This document shows positions 19,326 to 33,419 of a stretch of 64,000 nt of DNA, in pieces (the stretch's first letter is position 1; each line of letters starts with the position of its first letter). Below the pieces are notes generated by a model. It was given only the letters and a program-made list of their open reading frames with translations, was not told where the DNA came from and did no database searches. This stretch comes from Macrostomum lignano. Its lineage: Eukaryota. The position numbers were made by a program, and so were the translations under genes. The stretch is taken from NCBI GenBank assembly GCA_002269645.1, contig NIVC01001413.1, positions 229,673 to 293,672 of the forward strand, in the 5' to 3' direction.

Positions 19326-22300
19326 CTAGTGACAGTTCATCGACCATCGACCCGAAGTAGCGGCAGCGGCAGCAGCGGCAGCGGCAGCAGCGGCAGCGTA
19401 AGTGGGCGGCCAGAAGGTCAGAAAGCCGCCAGGATTGACCGGCGCCTCCTCAGCCGGAGCCGCAGTCGAAGATTCCACATTGGTTGATGAAAACTGCACC
19501 TGCTGGTTTTGATGAGTATAATTATACTGCTGATTAGGCTGGCTTGTGAAATATTGATGCTCATAGCGCTCAGTTTGAGTTGTCAGCTGCTGCTGATGCT
19601 GTGGCTGCTGTGGCTGCTGATAGTACGTGGCAGGGTAGCCAAAATTGTAGACAGGGTAGGCTGCTGAACTGTACACCCATTGCTGCTGCTGCTGCTGCTG
19701 CTGCTCGATAGAGTGCGGACAGTCGAACGGAGAACACGAGCAGCAGTGCTCAGTCTGTTCAACCGTTGGCTTGGTATCTCCGACAGTTGCAGAGATTTTC
19801 AGCGCCTTCGGCGAAGACAAACCCGAAGAAGAAGAATTCGATGGAACGTCGTCCGATGGACGACGTTTTGCATTCGCCTTTTGACGCGAGCTGAAAATTT
19901 CATTCTGCGGTCGAAAGTCCGGAGTTGGATGATCGTGGCAGCCTTTGGCCTGGAAGTACACCATCCCGTTGTTGGCGTGACGCCAAAAGTGCGTGACGGG
20001 GAAGCCGCCCTGACCGCGGCACTGGCGCAGGTAGAGCACGCCATCGGTGCACTTCGGGTTGGGGCAGCGGGAGCCTGAGGTTTGGAAGTGAGTTCGAGGT
20101 ATGGAAGTACCATTTTCTCATTAAAAATATGCTTTATCGACATCGAGAGTGACAATCGCTCAGAGTAACATGAAAAAATCAGGATCATTTAGAATCGGGA
20201 TCATTTAGAATCGGGATCATTTAGAATCGGGATCATTTAGAATCGGGATCATTTAGAATCGGGATCATTTAGAATCGGGATCATTTAGAATCGGGATCAT
20301 TTAGAATCGGGATCATTTAGAATCGGGATCATTTAGAATCGGGATCATTTAGAATCGGGATCATTTAGAATCGGGATCATTTAGAATCGGGATCATTTAG
20401 AATCGGGATCATTTAGAATCGGGATCATTTAGAATCGGGATCATTTAGAATCGGGATCATTTAGAATCGGGATCATTTAGAATCGGGATCATTTAGAATC
20501 GGGATCATTTAGAATCGGGATCATTTAGAATCGGGATCATTTAGAATCGGGATCATTTAGAATCGGGATCATTTAGAATCGGGGAATTTAGAATCGGGAT
20601 CATTTACAATCGGGATCATTTAGAATCTGGATCATTTACAATCGGGGAATTTAGAATCAGGATCATTTACAATCGGGGAATTTAGAATCGGGATCATTTA
20701 CAATCGAGATCATTTACAATCGGGATCATTTAGAATCTGGATCATTTACAATCGGGGAATTTAGAATCGGGATCATTTACAATCGAGATCATTTACAATC
20801 GGGATCATTTAGAATCGGGATCATTTACAATCGGGATCATTTACAATCGAGGAATTTAGAATCGGGATCATTTACAATCAGGATCATTTTAGAATCGGGA
20901 TCAATTACAATCAGGATCATTTACAATCGGGATCATTTACAATCGGGATCATTTAGAATCGAAGTCATTTAGAATAGGGATCATTTACAATCGGGGAATT
21001 TAGAATCGGGATCATTTACAATCGAGGAATTTAGAATCGGGATCATTTACAATCAGGATCATTTTAGAATCGGTATCATTTACAATCGGGATCATTTAGA
21101 ATCGGGATCATTTTGAATCGGGATCATTTTGAATCGGGATAATTTAGAATCAAGATCATTTACAATCGGGATCATTTAGAATCGGGATCACTTAGAATCG
21201 GGATCACTCAGACTCACCGCACTGCTTCCGCCTGGCCTTATCGCAGATCGCCGGTCTCAGGCAGATCTGTTTGATGTCGCCGCCTTCACCAATCGGCAGG
21301 CCGCACCCCGCTGAGCACAGCAGGACCCCAAGACAAGATTTTTTCAGCACCCTGACATTGTGATTGTTCGTGTTCCGCATCGCCCAGCCGCTGGTGTGCC
21401 GGCGGACCTCCTCAGATGCGTCCGAATAGATAAAGCGACAAGGACCGTTGGGCCAGTACTGATAGGCGTCCATGGCTGTTGGCTGCATGGTAAATGACAC
21501 AAAATAGTTAGCCACTGTTTAGGGTAGAGGGGCGGATTCTATTGGTCTGTAAGGTAGAGGGGCGGATTCTATGCATCTCTAGGGTGGATGGGCGGATTCT
21601 ATGCATCTCTAGGGTAGAGGGGCGGATTCTATGGGTCTTTAGGGTGAAGGGGCGGATTCTATGGGTCTCTCGGGTAGACGGTCGAATTCTATGGGTCTCT
21701 AGGGTAGAGGGGCGGATTCTATGCATCTCTAGGGTGGAGGGGCGGATTCTATGGGTCTCTAGTGTAGAGGGCGGATTCTATGGGTCTCTAGGGTAGAGGA
21801 GCGGATTCTATGGGTCTCTAGGGTAGAGGGCGGATTCTATGGGTCTCTAGTGTAGAGGGCGGATTCTATGGGTCTCTAGGGTAGAGGGCGGATTCTATGG
21901 GTCTCTAGGGTAGAGGGGCGGATTCTATGCATCTCTAGGGTGGATTGGGCGGATGGGTCTCTAGGGTAGAGGGCGGATTCTATGGGTCTCTAGGGTAAAG
22001 GGCGGGTTCTATGGGTCTCTAGGGTAGAGGGGCGGATTCTATGGGACTCTAGGGTACAGGGGCGGATTCTATGGGACTCTAGGGTACAGGGGCGGATTCT
22101 ATGCATCTTTAGGTGGATGGGGCGGATGGATCTCTAGGGAAGACGGCGGATTCTATTGGTCTCTAGGGTGGAGGGGTGGATTCGAGTAGGTTTTCGAATA
22201 GGATCAAAGTACCAATTAGAAGTTCGAACAGACCGGCCGAGTTCAGAACTTACAACAGGCAAGTGCGCGTCAGTCACCTCCCAGCTATTGGCTGATGACG

Positions 22301-22364
22301 CTGAGGTGGCACCAACCGAAAGACTCTGCGACTGTCCCGACTGCTGCTGCTGGCCGAGTGTCAT
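19326..22364 (-). CDS. gcm: Glial cells missing (GCM-domain) transcription factor, 3 exons, about 374 aa
   Basis: Exons 22254-22364, 21218-21482, 19326-20074 join in frame. GCM domain motifs: [76 protein letters not shown]. Poly-Q/poly-A low-complexity tail. Start codon uncertain; an upstream exon is possible. Confidence 0.95.
20180..21205. repeat. 16-bp minisatellite (ATCATTTAGAATCGGG) in gcm intron 2
   Basis: About 64 copies; homogeneous to about 20580, then divergent. Confidence 0.97.
21520..22170. repeat. About 30-bp minisatellite (AGGGTAGAGGGGCGGATTCTATGGGTCTCT) in gcm intron 1
   Basis: About 21 imperfect copies. Confidence 0.95.
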
Positions 22365-22628
22365 CTCCCCAAGTTCTGAGTACGAATTTGAATATTTTCT
22401 AAACAAGCTAAGGAGGCTGGGTTGCTACAGCTTTACACCTGTCTCAGACTTTTTATTTCCAACTGTGTGATCTCAATTGATGATCTCCAACAATCAAATG
22501 CGGTAACCAATGGGAGGACAGCTTCGTGAAATTGAATCGGGGGTTCTAGCTTCCAGCTCCAGAGCCCACCCCATCGCGATGAAACAGCTGGCCAATGAGC
22601 TTCCGCTTCTTCAGGTCAGGAGGGATGG

Positions 22629-22807
<179 letters not shown>

Positions 22808-22916
22808 TCCAGTCCAGACTTCAGTTTTAGGCCTCCTTGGAAAGCTTTGTAGAGCCAGCTGTATAGCTAGCTGATCGAGGAGTTCCAACTTCCCTCCTTT
22901 CCCTCCTGACTGGCAA

Positions 22917-24502
22917 ATGCGGGTCAGAGCCAGACTCTTGTTGCAAGACATTGAGCAACTCCAATTTCAATTTGCCCGTATGATTCGTTTAAATTAATGT
23001 GTAGCAGGCGTGGGCCAAATGTTCTGTTCCAGTGTGACATCCCACAAGAGTCTATGTTAAACAAGCACCATTTCCTGTTGCTTCTTCAATGCAAACAATC
23101 TACAAGCAGCCAACCTGCCTGTACCGCTGCTCTTCGTGACCCGCGGTAAATGAGCCACTTGAAACAACAAGTTTCTTTTGGAATGAATTTAAAACATACG
23201 ATGTTTTCCCTTTGATTACAATAAACATTTTCAATTCGTATTTATCTGTAACCTATAACTTGACATCAATTCATTCATACTGTGACTTCAAGTACGAGTA
23301 AGTTTTATATGGCGTTGAAAAAGAGACATGAGTAAAAAATAGATAAAAGCCTCAGTGACTCAAAAATTTTTTTGTCAGAAATCAGAATGGAACCAGAATG
23401 CGCGTCCAAACAGTCGCAAGAAGCGCCATTGTCAAAGGAGTGTCGCCAGAGTGAGTTTCAAAGGGGCGCCAGAGTGAGTGTCAGAGGGGGCGCTAGAGTG
23501 AGTGTCAGAGCAGGCGCCAGAGTGAGTGTTAGAGAAGGCGCCAGAATGAGTGTCAGAGATGGCGCTAGGGGGAGTGTCAGAGATCGCCAGAGTGAGTGTC
23601 AAAAATGGCACCAGAGAGTGTCACAGGGGTGCGAAAGTGAGTGTCAAAAATGGCGCTAGAATGATTTTCAAAGATGGCGCCAGAGTGAGTGTCAGAGATG
23701 GCGCCAGAGTGAGTGTCAGAGTGGCGCCAGAGTAAGTGTCAGAGATGGCGCCTAAGTGGGTGTCAGAGATGGCGTCAGAGTAAGTGTCAGACATGGCGCC
23801 AGAGTGAGTGTCAGAGGGGCGCCAGAGTAAGTGTCAGAGATGGCGCCAGAGAGAGTGTCAGAGGCCGGCGCCAGAGTGAGGGTCAGAGGGGCGCCAGAGT
23901 AAGTGTCAGAGATGGCGCCAGATAGAGTGTCAGAGGCCGGCGCCAGAGTGAGGGTCAGAGGGGCGCCAGACTGAATCTCAATCTTAAAGGCCTCAATTCG
24001 AAATAACATGGTTTTAATCGGTCATAAAATCGATTAATGCAAATTAAATTAAAATCAAATGCTAATTAATCTTAGGGGTATCATTTCATAAAACTCTCGG
24101 AGGCAGGCGAGATAAGAACGGCTGTAGTACGAGCGTACAGTGTCAGGCAGTTTGCATAGCTCTGTTCTCAAATTTTGAAAAATTAAACAGCATGCATCCC
24201 ATGGGCCGCGTACGCAAGCCTAAGCTGCTGAATGAGACTGTCCCGGCCGGGGCTGCAGTGTTCAAGTTCTGACCCGCATCAAAGGCAAAAAAGCAGCAAC
24301 CCATAGGGTTGTCTGTTATAACACGGGGCTCAGCCACGGTGTTCTAGAACTCAGAACTCTGACTCAGCGCGTGGCCTGAAATTTTTCCCTATATACTCGT
24401 AATATCCTTGCGATACAGAGTCAGATATTAGCAAGTTTATTTATTGTGTCAACTTCAATCGCCCCCCCCCCCCTATCCTACGTAAGCTGCGACAGCCCGC
24501 AT
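22917..24502. promoter_or_regulatory. Cluster of three consensus GCM-binding sites upstream of gcm
   Basis: ATGCGGGT 22917-22924, ACCCGCAT 24272-24279 and GCCCGCAT 24495-24502 match the GCM consensus (A/G)CCCGCAT. Function is inferred. Confidence 0.55.
23440..23970. repeat. Degenerate 22-bp minisatellite (GGCGCCAGAGTGAGTGTCAGAG)
   Basis: About 24 imperfect copies. Confidence 0.9.
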
Positions 24503-24885
24503 GCAAAAGCTGATTAAATTGATTCATAAAAACCTGTCTATGGAAGTCATATAAAATTGCCTTTTCCTAGCTTTTTTTAGTGGGGTATTCAGCAGGTACA
24601 AAAGTTTAGAATAAATGCATATGCAAGGGGAGGGTTATGTTGTGCGCGAATTAGAACATTTTTTAATTCCTTCTGACGGATCTGAACTTCTGAAGCTTAT
24701 TAGCTTTGCTATGAGAGTGTTACTATCCAGAGAAATGTCTGATGTGTAAAATTCGATGATTTCCTAGACAGAGCATTTACTTGCGCCCTGCAGTTTTACA
24801 AAAGAATTTCAAATTATATCGAGAATTGTATAGTCTGTTGCAGACATTGCTTATTCTCACAGCCGGGGGGGGGGTCGCCCACCAA

Positions 24886-26112
24886 GAGACAGGGTGCCCA
24901 CCAAGAGATAGGGGGCGCCCACCAAGAGACAGGCTGTCCATCAAGAGACAGGGGCGCCCACCAAGAGACAGGGGCGCCCACCAAGAGACAGGGAAATCCA
25001 CCAAGAGACAGGGAAATCCACCAAGAGACAGGGAAATCCACCAAGAGACAGGGAAATCCACCAAGAGACAGGGAAATCCACCAAGAGACAGCGAAATCCA
25101 CCAAGAGACAGGGGCGCCCACCAAGAGACAGGGAAATCCACCAAGAGACAGGGAAATCCACCAAGAGACAGGGAAATCCACCAAGAGACAGGGGTGCCCA
25201 CCAAGAGACAGGGAAATCCACCAAGAGACAGGGAAATCCACCAAGAGACAGGGAAATCCACCAAGAGACAGGGAAATCCACCAAGAGACAGGGAAATCCA
25301 CCAAGAGACAGGGAAATCCACCAAGAGACAGGGAAATCCACCAAGAGACAGGGAAATCCACCAAGAGACAGGGAAATCCACCAAGAGACAGCGAAATCCA
25401 CCAAGAGACAGGGGTGCCCACCAAGAGACAGGGAAATCCACCAAGAGACAGGGAAATCCACCAAGAGACAGGGAAATCCACCAAGAGACAGCGAAATCCA
25501 CCAAGAGACAGGGAAATCCACCAAGAGACAGGGAAATCCACCAAGAGACAGGGAAATCCACCAAGAGACAGGGAAATCCACCAAGAGACAGGGAAATCCA
25601 CCAAGAGACAGGGAAATCCACCAAGAGACAGGGGTGCCCACCAAGAGACAGGGAAATCCACCAAGAGACAGGGAAATCCACCAAGAGACAGGGAAATCCA
25701 CCAAGAGACAGCGAAATCCACCAAGAGACAGGGAAATCCACCAAGAGACAGGGAAATCCACCAAGAGACAGGGAAATCCACCAAGAGACAGGGAAATCCA
25801 CCAAGAGACAGGGAAATCCACCAAGAGACAGGGAAATCCACCAAGAGACAGGGAAATCCACCAAGAGACAGGGAAATCCACCAAGAGACAGCGAAATCCA
25901 CCAAGAGACAGGGAAATCCACCAAGAGACAGCGAAATCCACCAAGAGACAGGGAAATCCACCAAGAGACAGGGAAATCCACCAAGAGACAGGGAAATCCA
26001 CCAAGAGACAGGGAAATCCACCAAGAGACAGGGAAATCCACCAAGAGACAGGGAAATCCACCAAGAGACAGCGAAATCCACCAAGAGACAGGGGCGCCCA
26101 CCAAGAGACAGC
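24886..26112. repeat. 20-bp minisatellite (CCACCAAGAGACAGGGAAAT)
   Basis: About 61 copies; source of the ORFs at 24777-26293. Confidence 0.97.
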
Positions 26113-27084
26113 GGTTAGAGTTGCGAGTTGCGACCCTTTCCAATTAAAATTCCCGCGTACACCTGATGGGCGCGCGCTCCTGCTGACTGTCGTGAGCTGT
26201 TTGAATGCATGCATCGCACGGCCATTAATTTTTGGTTTGGTTCTGCCCCATTTATTGGTGGAGAATTGCTGCATTCTCCCGTGCAACCCCTAATAAAATA
26301 GTGGAGATACAAAGAGTGGGGGCATTATGCATATACAGTAGGGGGGCCGCTTCCTGAAGCAACTCGCAAAAGGTGCTCCGGAAGAGTATATTATGGATTA
26401 TTGTGCCCGAGGAAGACATAATGGATATAATATTGCCTCTTTGAAGGAGTTTTCTTGGTTTATAGAAATCATAGCGAATTTATTGCCTATAGCTAGCTAT
26501 ATAAATCAAATCTTTTCACTAAAAACGAAGCGGAGCATGCATAAACATCTGAGGCTAATTGCCATACATGTCTCTCACCACAACAATCCGATGTAGGTGG
26601 CGTGGCCCTGCACAATATCCGCGGGAGAATAATCGTGACAAAGACTAACTAGATGTTTTTACAGTTAGTTGAGTAGATATAGGGTCATTTTTCCTATAGC
26701 TAGGACATCGTGATTATAATTGCGTCGATATTATTTCTATTCCTATTATTATATTCTAACTATACATTATATATAGGATGAGCCTTTGATCATATATGAA
26801 TAGTAGAATACTACTCTCGTAGATGCATTTGAGCTACATTTGCACATTTTCTATTCCATACAGTAGTGTACATGTCATTATTAGCAACTACAGTGTATGA
26901 CATCTAATACATGTGCTTTCAGGCGTTTATAATCAGCATTTTTTATTAACTAGCTAAGTGCAGCAAAACACATGATATCCGGGTCGTACATCTAAATATA
27001 CTAAATCTCTAAGGTTTGTATGTTTGAATGAATGTCCTGTAACAAAACCCATCACATCTCACAGACTTTACAGTTTCTCATGAA

Positions 27085-27676
27085 GGGTGCAGCCCATTTC
27101 GGCGAAGGAATTTTCGGCGAAAGACGCTTCAGCGAAAGTGAATTTTAAGTTTCAATAGATGTTACATTTCGGCGAAAGAAAGTGACCAGTTCGGCGAAAA
27201 GATGGGCTATACGTATATATTGCAAATAAACCACTTTGCTTCGGTAATTGAAGCTTTTAATAAATTGTTCATTATTTGCAGTTAGAAAATTTAAAAACTC
27301 ATGACTTAGCTCGTAGTTATGTTATGTACATGCGATCTATCGATATGCAGTCGATAGATTAGGGATGATGACGGTGTGGTTTTTCAGATTAAATCCCAGG
27401 CTCCTAAAATCGTACTTTGAAATTCCGCCGTAATGAAAGGGCATCTAATAAAACAACTAAATTAAACTGCGACAAAACAAAAACATGTTTAGATAAAATT
27501 AGTCTCTTTAAAGTTCATCGTTTTTTAACTTACTTCTAAAACAAAAACTTCTCAGCAAAGCTTAGAATAAATTTTTCGCCGAAATGGTCAGCTTTAGACG
27601 AAATGCTCATTGCGAAAGTATTTTTCGCCTTATTGACTTTCGCCGAAAATTCTTTCGCCGAAGTAGGTTGAAACCC
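27085..27676. mobile_element. MITE / non-autonomous DNA transposon, about 590 bp
   Basis: Imperfect TIRs (GGGTGCAGCCCATTTCGGCGAAGGAATTTTCGGCGAAAG vs reverse complement of the right end, GGGTTTCAACCTACTTCGGCGAAAGAATTTTCGGCGAAAG); flanking direct repeat TCATGAA at 27078-27084 and 27677-27683. Confidence 0.85.
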
Positions 27677-28756
27677 TCATGAATACTGTTGCACTGATTT
27701 ACTTCGAATAATACAAAGCTTTTACTTACAGCTTTTGCATGTATCAAAAACTTCATGCTATTTATGGATAACTTAATTACTCTTTTACATTACCTTCTAA
27801 AATGAAAGTGAGTTAATAAAATACTCGTTTTTTGTTTAACTAAGCATTTTTTCGGTTTGCTCATTTTCTAAGATTAGTGCACGCTTCCCGAATAAGCAAA
27901 CAGCAAAAACTCGCCGCGCCCTTGAATTTTTGCATATTTTCTTCTAGAATTTGATGCAGAGCTGATTCCAGAATTTATTATTTTTCTCTAACTGACCCAA
28001 ATATTATTCTTTTCCAGGGCTGGATAAATTATGTTTTGCCTTTGGCTTTAGTTAACTTATTTGTATTTGTAACCTACCACTATGTAGTATGCCAACGCCT
28101 AGGCCTACTATTATGCTTTTTTTCTGAGTTTTACTTCTTGTTATCATTGTCTTTAAAGTATTTTTTATTATATTATTTAAAATATTTGGTTTGTGTATTT
28201 TGTATTATGCAGTATCTAAAAAGGACCAGTGTTGGGCACCAGTCTATTAATAAGAATTAATCCATTAGCCTAATCCAAGTGTTAATAAGCATTTAAGATT
28301 TTTCATTAATATTAAATAGACTGCTGTCAAGATTTTTTGGACTAACAGTAACAGATTAATAAAATTCGTGTTAATAAATTTATGAGTTAATAACACAGTC
28401 ATTGTTAATGTTATTGTTAATGGCAATGTCAATGACCAAACACACAAAGAAAGATTTAAGACACAAAGAAAGAACAAAAATATAAGTGTAGCAAGAAGTT
28501 ACAATTACAACATTATGAATATATTCAAAATTACCTATATGCCTAATTAATCTCTTTGTTTATGATAATAATCATGTAAATGCAATAACTTCCTATTAAT
28601 GAACTTTATTAATGAAACTAGCAATCTTCGCCCCCCGTTGGGGGACATCTGGATAGAATCTCTGTTCTCTACAAGTAACAAAAAGACAGCCAAATAAAGC
28701 CTTCACAAAGACAGCAGAAGAACTGCTCAAATAAAGTGTAATGCAAAAAGAAATCA

Positions 28757-29010
28757 TCCCCCAGATAGCAAGCATCCCCCAGATAGAAAGCATCCCCCAG
28801 ATAGCAAGCATCCCGCAAATAGCAAGCATCTCCCAGATAGCAAGCATCCCCCAGATAGAAAGCATCCCCCAGATAGCAAGCATCCCCAAAAAGCAAGCAT
28901 CCCCCAGATAGCAAGCATCCCCCAAATAGCAAGCATCCCCCAGACAGCAAGCATCCCCCAGATAGCAAGCATCTCCCAGATAGCAAGCATCCCCAAATAG
29001 TAAGCATCCA
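28757..29010. repeat. 18-bp minisatellite (AGATAGCAAGCATCCCCC)
   Basis: About 14 copies. Confidence 0.95.
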
Positions 29011-29112
29011 TCAGACAATAAGTAGCTAGTGCAACAATTTCCTTAGCTCTATAGTGGCTCCTTTAAAATTGGCATGACGCTTACTTTTACGTTTGAAATT
29101 GTATAAATTTTA

Positions 29113-31140
29113 TGTTTGACATGGCGGCTCTTTAATGTTTGACATGGTGGCTCTTTAATGTTCGACATGGTGGCTCCTTTATGTTTGGCATGGTGGCTCT
29201 TTAATGTTCAACATGGTGGTTCTTTTACGTTTGACATGGTGGCTCTTTAATGTTTGACATGGTGGCTCTTTAATGTTCGACGTGGTGGCTCCTTTATGTT
29301 TGACAAGGTGGCTCTTTAATGTTCGACATGGTGGCTCCTTTATTTTTGACATGGTGGCTCTTTATTGTTTGACATGGTGGCTCTTTAATGTTCAACATGG
29401 TGGCTCTTTAATGTTCGACATGGTGGCTCTTTATTGTTCGAAATTGTGGCTCTTTAATGTTCTACATGGTGGCTCTTTAATGCTCTACATTGTGGCTCTT
29501 TAATGCTCTACATTGTGGCTCTTTAATGTTCTACATATTGTGGCTCTTTAATCTTCAACATGGTGGCTCTTTAATGTTGGACATGGTGGCTCTTTATTGT
29601 TCGAAATTGTGGCTCTTTAATGTTCTACATTGTGGCTCTTTAATGTTCTACATATTGTGGCTCTTTAATCTTTGACATGGTGGCTCTTTAATGTTTGAAA
29701 TTGTGGCTCTTTAATGTTCTACATATTGTGGCTCTTTAATGTTCAACATGGTGGCTCTTTAATGTTTGACATGGTAGCTCTTTAATGTTCGACATTGTGG
29801 CTCTTTAATGTTCGAAATGGTCGTTTTTATGTTTTACATTGTGGCTCTTTAATGCTCAACATTGTGGCTCTTTTATATTTAAAATAAAGTCTCTTACTCT
29901 TATATGTTTGACATGGTGACTCTTTAATGTTCAACAAAGTGGCTCTTTAATGTTTGACATGTTGGCTCTTTAATGTGTGACATAGTGGCTCTTTAATGTT
30001 TGACATGGAGTCATGTAAATATTTGGCATGGAGTCACGTATATGTTTGACATGGTGGCTCTTTAATGTTTGACATAGTGGCTCTTTTATGTTTGACATGA
30101 TGGCTCTTTAATGTTCGACATGGTGGCTGTTTAATGTTTGTTATGGAGTCATATGTATATCTTTTACATGGTGGCTCTTTTATGTGTGACATGGAGTCAC
30201 GTATATATTTGACATGGAGTCACATTTATGTTTGACATGTTGGCTCTTTAATGTGTAACATAGTGGCTCTTTAATGTTTGACATGGAGTCATGTATATAT
30301 TTGGCATGGAGTCACATATATGTTTGACATGGTGGCTCTTTAATTTTTGACATAGTGGCTCTTTAATGTTTGACATAGTGGCTCTTTAATGTTTGACATA
30401 GTGGCTCTTTAATGTTTGACATAATGGCTCTTTAATGTTTGACATGGTGGCTCTTTTATGTTTGACATGATGGCTCTTTAATGTTCGACATGGTGGCTGT
30501 TTAATGTTTGTTATGGAGTCATATGTATATGTTTTACATGGTGGCTCTTTTATGTATGACATGGAGTCACGTATATATTTGACATGGAGTCACATATATG
30601 TTTGACATGGTGGCTCTTTAGTGTTCGATATGGTGGCTCTTTAATGTTTGACATGGTGGCTCTTTAATGTTTGACATAGTGGCTCTTAATTTTTTACTTG
30701 GTGGCTCTTTAATGTTTGACATGGTTGCTCCTTACCATATGACATGGTGGCTCTTTAATGTTTGACATGGAGTCACGTATGTGTTTGACATGGAGTCACA
30801 TATATATTTGGCATGGAGTCACGTAAATGCTTTACATAGTGGCTCTTTATGTTCGAGAAAGAGTCATAAGAATATGTTTTACATGGTGGCTCTTTTATGT
30901 TTGACATGGAGTCACGTATATGTTTGACATGTAGTCACGTATATGTTTGACATGGAGTCACATATATGTTTGACATGGTGGCTCTTTAATGTTTGACATG
31001 GTGGCTTTTTAATGTTTGACATGGTGGCTCTTTAATGTTTGACATGGTGGCTCTTTTATGCTTGACATGGTGGCTCTTTTATGTTCGACATGGTGGCTCT
31101 TTAATGTTCAACATGGTGGCTCTTCTATGTTTGACATTGT
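29113..31140. repeat. 23-bp minisatellite (TTGACATGGTGGCTCTTTAATGT) with variant TTGACATGGAGTCACGTATATGT
   Basis: About 88 diverged copies. Confidence 0.95.
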
Positions 31141-33419
31141 GCTTCTTTTATGTGTAGCAGTTTTGTGTTTTTAATGTGTTTTAATAAAAAAATCTTTTTG
31201 CACTACTAAGATTTGAACCCAGGTCACTACATTAGCATCCCAGTCTGTTCGCATCTGGGCTATCTCTTTTCATTTGGAGAACATGAATTGTGGCCCTTAT
31301 AATTCAATTCTTACAGCAAGCCAATTGAAGTAGAAAGTTGTGACATAATCAATTTCTCAGTCAGCCAGTATCAGTCTCAATTCAAGTTAGCAATATGGTT
31401 ACGCAATTTCAATCAAGTCTTGTGTGCGTTTCTGTGGCACTGTTTTCAACTTGTTGTGATGCAATCTTTATCACGATCGTAATTCAGCCAGTCAGTTTTT
31501 TTTCTAGCATTCCTACAATGCATTTCAAGTCAAAAATTTGGCTTGACCTTTGCAAAAAAGCATGTTTTTCGAATATTTAATCCCCTTAACATTGAGCAAT
31601 TTCTTAGCCAAAATGCATTTACCGTCCCAGGAAAATTTCTGATCGAATGGTGCAAGTTTGAAGAAAATCGGTTGAGCCATTTTTTCTGAAATCTATCGCA
31701 TAGCTAGTTAGTTATAGACATTTCATTTTTAGTATATAGGATAAAATCGTGAACTTTATTGCTTGTGCACTATAATCAGGAAGGTGGCACAGCACTGTGT
31801 GCCAGAATAATTTTTTGGGAGATCTGTGCACCATTTATAGCCATCTATGCACTGTTTCTATACCCTATATGATAGTAAATATTATACTAGGCCTACATTT
31901 TTATAATATTTCTTTAAAAATTGCAATTGAAAATACTAGGCCTACTGTTGTTATATTTTGTGAATATTTAAAATATTTCTTATAAGTTGTATGCAATATA
32001 ATCTATATATTATATATATTAGTGTTTTGTTTTAAATACTAGGTGAAATTTTACTATAAAAAGAAGCCAGTTGAGAGCCAAGAAAAAATTATTAAGCTTA
32101 TTTTGAACTTAATCTAAGTTCAGCTTTTCAAAGCCTTTTACTTCATGTAAGACAAAGTCAAATCAGCCTCAGGGCTTGTATTCACTCATATTACTTATTT
32201 TGAGTAGTAGATAGCAACTTAGGAATAGCCCTAAGATTGGGAGAATTCAATCTGTTCTTAAAGTTAGAAAATAAGACATCCAGATTTAGAATCTAGGACA
32301 TTGCCTTTAGAAGGTAGAAATCCTCCCACAGGGTAGAATAGTCTAGACTTAGGTTAGAGTCTAAGAAACCCGCCTCAAGGCAGAATGCCTAGCAAGTAAG
32401 CTGTGACCCTTTGATCCTGGGAATGCCTAGGACAAGAGTATAAAAACTTTTAAAATATAGGAATATGATAGCCAGTGCCATAAGACCACTTAGGCCAGAA
32501 GTATAGTACATGTATATACACTACCAGTAGATTATATGCTATTAATAGATATATATGCTACTAGAAGTACACAATCTAGAAAAGTACAAGTATTATAGGA
32601 ACTATTAGTACAACTTTGAGGACTTAAGAGAGATTTTTATTGAGAGAAATTTAGCCTTGTAACAACTTGGTGGCAGTTTGTAAGATTATATTAGGGACAA
32701 AAATAACCCCTATGTCAATATTGTAAGTAAAAAATGATAATAAATATACTTTGAATAAATTCTAGTAACTAAAAAAGTTGCTCTAATTCATTTGAAAAAG
32801 GAACAAAATGAGCATTTTTGTTTTAAACTAAATCTTATTTTTCTAAAAAGAATTATATAGAAAAGTTTGTTTTACTATATGTTATCCAATTTCAAACTCA
32901 ATACACTGCGTAAATATAGCAAGTTGTAAAGCATAGTGACCAAGTCATGTTAGTATGTGCTAAATATTTAAAGGACTATAGTGTGTGCCATAATTGTGCA
33001 TTGCATGCATTGGGGACCTCAGTGTATGCCACTTTTGTGTGCCAAGTATACCAAGGACCCCTTTTGTACGCCAGAATAGACCACCTTCCTGACTATGGCT
33101 TGTGCATAAAAATTGATCACTTTGATTCACTTCTTTCCTAATCTTTCGTAACTTTCTGCTGCACTTACAATGGTACTGAAACAACAGGAACCTTTGTATT
33201 TGTATTTTATTATTAAATAATTAGCTTTCAAGTTTCAAAAAATTAGTTACTTCTTTTATTGTATACTTAATATAAATCCTATATCTAAAGCTGAGTGGGT
33301 CGATCAACTGGCCAGGTTTAACACATATCTCCTCCTAGATGGCTGGCAACTCAAATGCAGGCCTTATATATATCATATGTTTATGTATATTATATGTTTT
33401 TATTATTGGCGACTTCAGT

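Noticed and set aside
31200-31265. tRNA-like SINE head on the minus strand
   Set aside because: Only a weak GGTTCAAATC B-box and a degenerate A box; too short to call.
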